From contig NZ_JAPNJX010000001.1 in NCBI RefSeq assembly GCF_026626685.1, positions 76,752 through 140,751 on the forward strand: 64,000 nucleotides of DNA, written 5' to 3'. Below the pieces are notes generated by a model that was not told where the DNA came from, searched no databases, and saw only the letters and a list, made by a program, of their open reading frames with translations. The position numbers and the translations under genes are program-made. Shown here piece after piece: positions 60,858 to 64,000 of this stretch. The first letter of the stretch is position 1. The number at the start of each line of letters is the position of its first letter. This stretch comes from Nannocystis sp. SCPEA4 (GTDB lineage Bacteria > Myxococcota_A > Polyangia > Nannocystales > Nannocystaceae).

Positions 60858-61604
60858 ATGTCCGACGCCGAGTTCCTCACCGCCGAGTGGCGCGACCTCG
60901 TCCTGCTGAACTTCGCCGTCGACCCGGTCGTGCTCGCCCCGCACGTCCCGCCCGGCACCGAGCTCGATCTGTTCGACGGCGTCGCCTGCGTCAGCCTGGT
61001 CGGCTTCATGTTCCTGCGCACGCGGCTGCTCGGCTGCCCGGTCCCGTGGCACCGCGACTTCGAGGAGCTCAACCTGCGCTTCTACGTCCGCCGGCCCGGG
61101 CGCCCCGACGAGCCGCACGTCGGCGCCGACGGCTACAAGCGCGGGGTCGCCTTCTTCAAGGAGATCGTCCCGCGCGCCGCGGTCGCCATGGTCGCGCGCC
61201 GGCTCTACGGCGAGCGCTACGAGGCATGGCCGATGAAACATGTCCGAACAGTCACCTCCGAGGGCGCCGGCGAGGTCGCCTACGGGGCCCGCGTCGGCGG
61301 GCGCTGGCACGAGCTCGGCCTCGCCTTCCGCGGCGAGCCGGCCGCGCCTGCCCCCGGCAGCGAGGCCGAATTCATCGCCGAGCACTACTGGGGCTACGTC
61401 GCCGGCCCCGGCGGTCCGACCACCGAGTACCGCGTCGAGCACCCGCCCTGGCGGGTCTGGACCGGCGTCGATCCGCTGCTGCGCCTCGACGCCGCGGCCC
61501 TCTACGGCCCGGCCCTGGCCCCCGCGCTCGCCGGCCCGCCGCGCTCGGCGTTCCTCGCCGAGGGCTCCGCGGTCACCGTCTACCGCGGTCGCCGCCTGAC
61601 CTGA
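60858..61604 (+). CDS. DUF2071 (YqjF-like) protein
   Basis: WRDLVLLNFAVDPVVLAPHVPPGTELDLFDGVACVSLVGFMF...FEELNLRFYV matches the DUF2071 N-terminal consensus. Confidence 0.55.
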   Translation: MSDAEFLTAEWRDLVLLNFAVDPVVLAPHVPPGTELDLFDGVACVSLVGFMFLRTRLLGCPVPWHRDFEELNLRFYVRRPGRPDEPHVGADGYKRGVAFFKEIVPRAAVAMVARRLYGERYEAWPMKHVRTVTSEGAGEVAYGARVGGRWHELGLAFRGEPAAPAPGSEAEFIAEHYWGYVAGPGGPTTEYRVEHPPWRVWTGVDPLLRLDAAALYGPALAPALAGPPRSAFLAEGSAVTVYRGRRLT

Positions 61605-61626
61605 AGGCCAGGTCGCATCGAGCGGC

Positions 61627-61914
61627 TCAGCCCTCGAAGTCGGCGCCGATCACCACCGTCCACTTCCGCACGGTCCAGCGCCGCACCAGCCCCTCGCGGA
61701 CGTACGGGTCGGCGCGCGCGAACGCCTCCGCCGCGGCGCCGTCGGGGCCGCGGAACACCAGCATCGCCTCGTCGGCCGGCTCGGCCAGCGCCCCGCCGAG
61801 GCGCAGTTCGCCGCGCTCCACGGCGGCGCGGGCCAGTGCCAGGTGTTCCGGCCGCAGCGGCGTGCGGCGTTCGAGGTAGTCGTCGACGAGTTCGTAGCGG
61901 AGCACGAAGTACAT
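61627..61914 (-). CDS. YciI-like protein
   Basis: MYFVLRYELVDDYLERRTPLRPEHLA...DPYVREGLV matches the YciI family; 95 aa. Confidence 0.75.
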   Translation of the reverse strand: MYFVLRYELVDDYLERRTPLRPEHLALARAAVERGELRLGGALAEPADEAMLVFRGPDGAAAEAFARADPYVREGLVRRWTVRKWTVVIGADFEG

Positions 61915-62457
61915 CGCGCGCGAGCATACGCCGGACGCGGGCGTCCGTGATCGTCAGGCCGCGTCCCCTGGAACACCGTGCTGCGAACGCGCCGTCTCTT
62001 CCCGCCCCCGGACAGGTGACCGCAGCACCGGGGCCGTCTGCCACCGAACACTGTCACGACCCGCGCGGCCCCGGTCCCCAAATGACATTTGCGGCGCCCC
62101 GGATCCGCCGGCGAGCATCGACCACTATATACAATGTCAGAGCGCAGCCGCCCCCGATATTCACGTCACCGCGTCCGCGCCCGCGGGCTCACGGGCGCGC
62201 CCGCGGACAGGCGGGGCCCGAGAGCGTCGCGCGCGACCGACATCGCCGCACCCGGCCGAGCAATCATCATGGGTTCAATCACCGGAATCGCCGGAGCTTG
62301 CGCCATGAGATCAATGCGCCGACGACAACCACCTGTCAGCGGCCGTGGGTGAAGTGAAGCAAGGTACGCGGCGCTGCGCCAAAGTTGATGCATCGGCATC
62401 GATAATCGTTGACCCCGGTTCGCCGCCCCCGTAACGTGGTGGGGTTGGAGGTGTGGG

Positions 62458-63021
62458 ATGCAGCGGCCTGTTTTCATTTCGACGATTCTCCTCGCGCTCT
62501 CGATGTCGATCGCGGTACCCCAAGTCGTATCGGGTAACGGCTGGGGCCAAGGTAATGGCCACGGTTGGGGTAACGGCAACGGTAACGGTAACGGCAACGG
62601 TAACGGCCATTTCAAGAAGATCGCGGTGCCCAACCCGGAGGCGCCCGACTTCGGCGCGATCTTCAATTGGGGCCTGAAACTGCGCAACATCGACGAGCTG
62701 TTCTTGATCGCCGGCCACGGCGCCCACGATTCGACCGGGCAGATCCAGTTCCCCGGCGACGCGATCGGCCAGACGCAGTACATCCTCGACCACTTCGACG
62801 AATATCTCGACGACGCCGGCTACGATCGCAAGGACATCGTCCGCATCGAATTCACGATGACCACCGATGTCACCGACGGCGAGTTCAACGCGATCCTCGG
62901 CCTGTTCGCCGACTACTTCGCCCCGGTGAACATCAAGCCGGCCGCCGGCACCCTGCGGATCGTCGACGCCCTGGCGATCCCGGGCATGATGGTCGAGTAC
63001 GAGATCTGGTGCGCCAAGTAG
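62458..63021 (+). CDS. Secreted RidA/YjgF-like protein with N-terminal (GN)n repeat
   Basis: Signal peptide, GNGWGQGNGHGWGNGNGNGNGNGNGH repeat, and a RidA-like C-terminus (...MVEYEIWCAK). Local GC and codon usage are lower than neighbours. Confidence 0.6.
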   Translation: MQRPVFISTILLALSMSIAVPQVVSGNGWGQGNGHGWGNGNGNGNGNGNGHFKKIAVPNPEAPDFGAIFNWGLKLRNIDELFLIAGHGAHDSTGQIQFPGDAIGQTQYILDHFDEYLDDAGYDRKDIVRIEFTMTTDVTDGEFNAILGLFADYFAPVNIKPAAGTLRIVDALAIPGMMVEYEIWCAK

Positions 63022-63320
63022 TCCGCTCGCCCCGCCGCGGCCGTGTTCGCGCCCGCGCGGGGCAGCGGTGATTGTCGAGAGCGAGGCCGCCGGGTCCCGT
63101 GAACCCGGCGCCCGCGTCCGCGCCGTGGGACGGATCGACGCCGGAGCGCCGCTGCGGGGGCTCCGGTCGCGTTTCCGTTCGCCACGGCCCCCACCGCGCC
63201 GGCGCACGCCGTTCGCCACGCGGCTCGATTTCGCGGCATCGGTCCGCCCGCGGTGTGGCGAATCGCCAGGCCACACGATGAGGGCTGTCTGACCCGTCGC
63301 GGTCGGCGTATCCTCGCGCG

Positions 63321-64000
63321 ATGCCTCACGCCCTCGCGCGTCCTCGCCTCGGCCTCGGTCTCGCTGCGGTCCTCGCCCTCGCCTGCGGCCGCGGCGGCGC
63401 CGGCGGCACCGACGACCCCGCCGATCCCGCCCTCAAGGCGATCCACGCCCGCATGCCGCCGCTCGAGCGGCCGACCGTGAGCCAGGCGCCCGGGTTCGTC
63501 GAGGGCGGCTTCGTCTACATGGCCTTGCGGTCAGGTGCGATCCAGAAGTACCTGCAGTCGCTGCCGCTCGACCCCGACACCGCCCGCGACGTCGCCCGCG
63601 CCGGCGTCGATCTCGGCTTCGATCCGCGCGTCGACGACATCAGCGCCCGCCTCGGCCTCGATCCCGAGGCCTTCGTCACTGTCACGATCGCCCGCCCGAT
63701 CGCCGCCACCATGCCGGGCGTGCGCGAGGCCCTGCAGCGGGCCGGGAGCGCGCCCGGCCTGCCGAATCCGTTCCCCGGTGCCGCCACCACGCCGGCCGAC
63801 GTCGCCCCCTGGCCGGGGCCGCGCCCGGTCCGGCCGACCCCGCCGCCGCCGCCCCCGAGCCCGCCGCAGCCGTATCAGGACTCGGTGCCCGTCCAGCCGG
63901 TGCCGCCGATCCCACCGAGCGAGCCGTGGAAGCCGCCGCCGCCGCCCGGTCCGTCACCTGACCAGGAGGCCATGGCCCGAGGGGCAGGTAGCTTGGCGAT
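63321..64000 (+). CDS. Pro-rich lipoprotein (3' end outside window)
   Basis: The frame is open from the ATG at 63321 to the window edge with strong GC3 bias. Lipobox LALACG. It is absent from the ORF track because no stop falls within the window. Confidence 0.5.
   Translation, partial: MPHALARPRLGLGLAAVLALACGRGGAGGTDDPADPALKAIHARMPPLERPTVSQAPGFVEGGFVYMALRSGAIQKYLQSLPLDPDTARDVARAGVDLGFDPRVDDISARLGLDPEAFVTVTIARPIAATMPGVREALQRAGSAPGLPNPFPGAATTPADVAPWPGPRPVRPTPPPPPPSPPQPYQDSVPVQPVPPIPPSEPWKPPPPPGPSPDQEAMARGAGSLA

Noticed and set aside
1-64000. CRISPR arrays, rRNA and tRNA genes
   Set aside because: No short direct repeats with unique spacers were seen. The tandem repeats found have no spacers. 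Intergenic regions lack tRNA-like T-loop/anticodon architecture and no rRNA-like conserved stretches were observed, although I could not run a tRNA-finding tool.

Overview
This is a 64-kb window of very GC-rich (~70%) chromosomal DNA, almost certainly from a myxobacterium, probably Sorangiineae-like. Evidence for that: two MYXO-CTERM sorting tails, an ADOP-type duplicated permease, a DUF4388 protein, many lipobox lipoproteins with Thr/Pro-rich linkers, and a eukaryote-like Ser/Thr kinase. I count about 55 protein-coding genes and found no rRNA, tRNA or CRISPR array.

Main content, left to right:
- the 3' end of an acyl-CoA dehydrogenase gene;
- an IS110-family insertion sequence sitting inside one copy of a dispersed composite repeat. 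The uninterrupted second copy at ~37.1 kb lets the insertion junctions be placed to the base;
- a same-strand Ser/Thr kinase, TPR membrane protein and periplasmic-binding lipoprotein trio;
- housekeeping genes pepA and ung, followed by a divergent ParE-like toxin and antitoxin-like pair;
- a sigma-54 activator followed by a flotillin gene that carries a recognisable -24/-12 promoter;
- a bacterial lysyl-oxidase homologue next to MYXO-CTERM and Cys-rich secreted proteins;
- the menaquinone (futalosine pathway) genes mqnB and mqnD;
- a ~12.5-kb lipid-metabolism operon (28.8-41.3 kb) with the domain inventory of a dissociated ether-lipid or fatty-alcohol synthase of the M. xanthus ElbD type. It is interrupted by a 1.3-kb tandem-repeat island;
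- a frameshifted IS630-family transposase;
- a cell-surface locus of lipoproteins, a porin and an ADOP permease;
- a low-GC islet encoding a secreted RidA-like protein.

The most unusual signal is a CATG-centred palindromic motif (TCTTCGGACATGTCC and relatives) that recurs more than 20 times, mostly in promoter or intergenic regions and sometimes in dense arrays.

Coordinates taken from line counting may be off by 1 nt. CDS coordinates were derived from ORF-track arithmetic and are frame-consistent. Many ORF-track 'M' starts are actually GTG or TTG.
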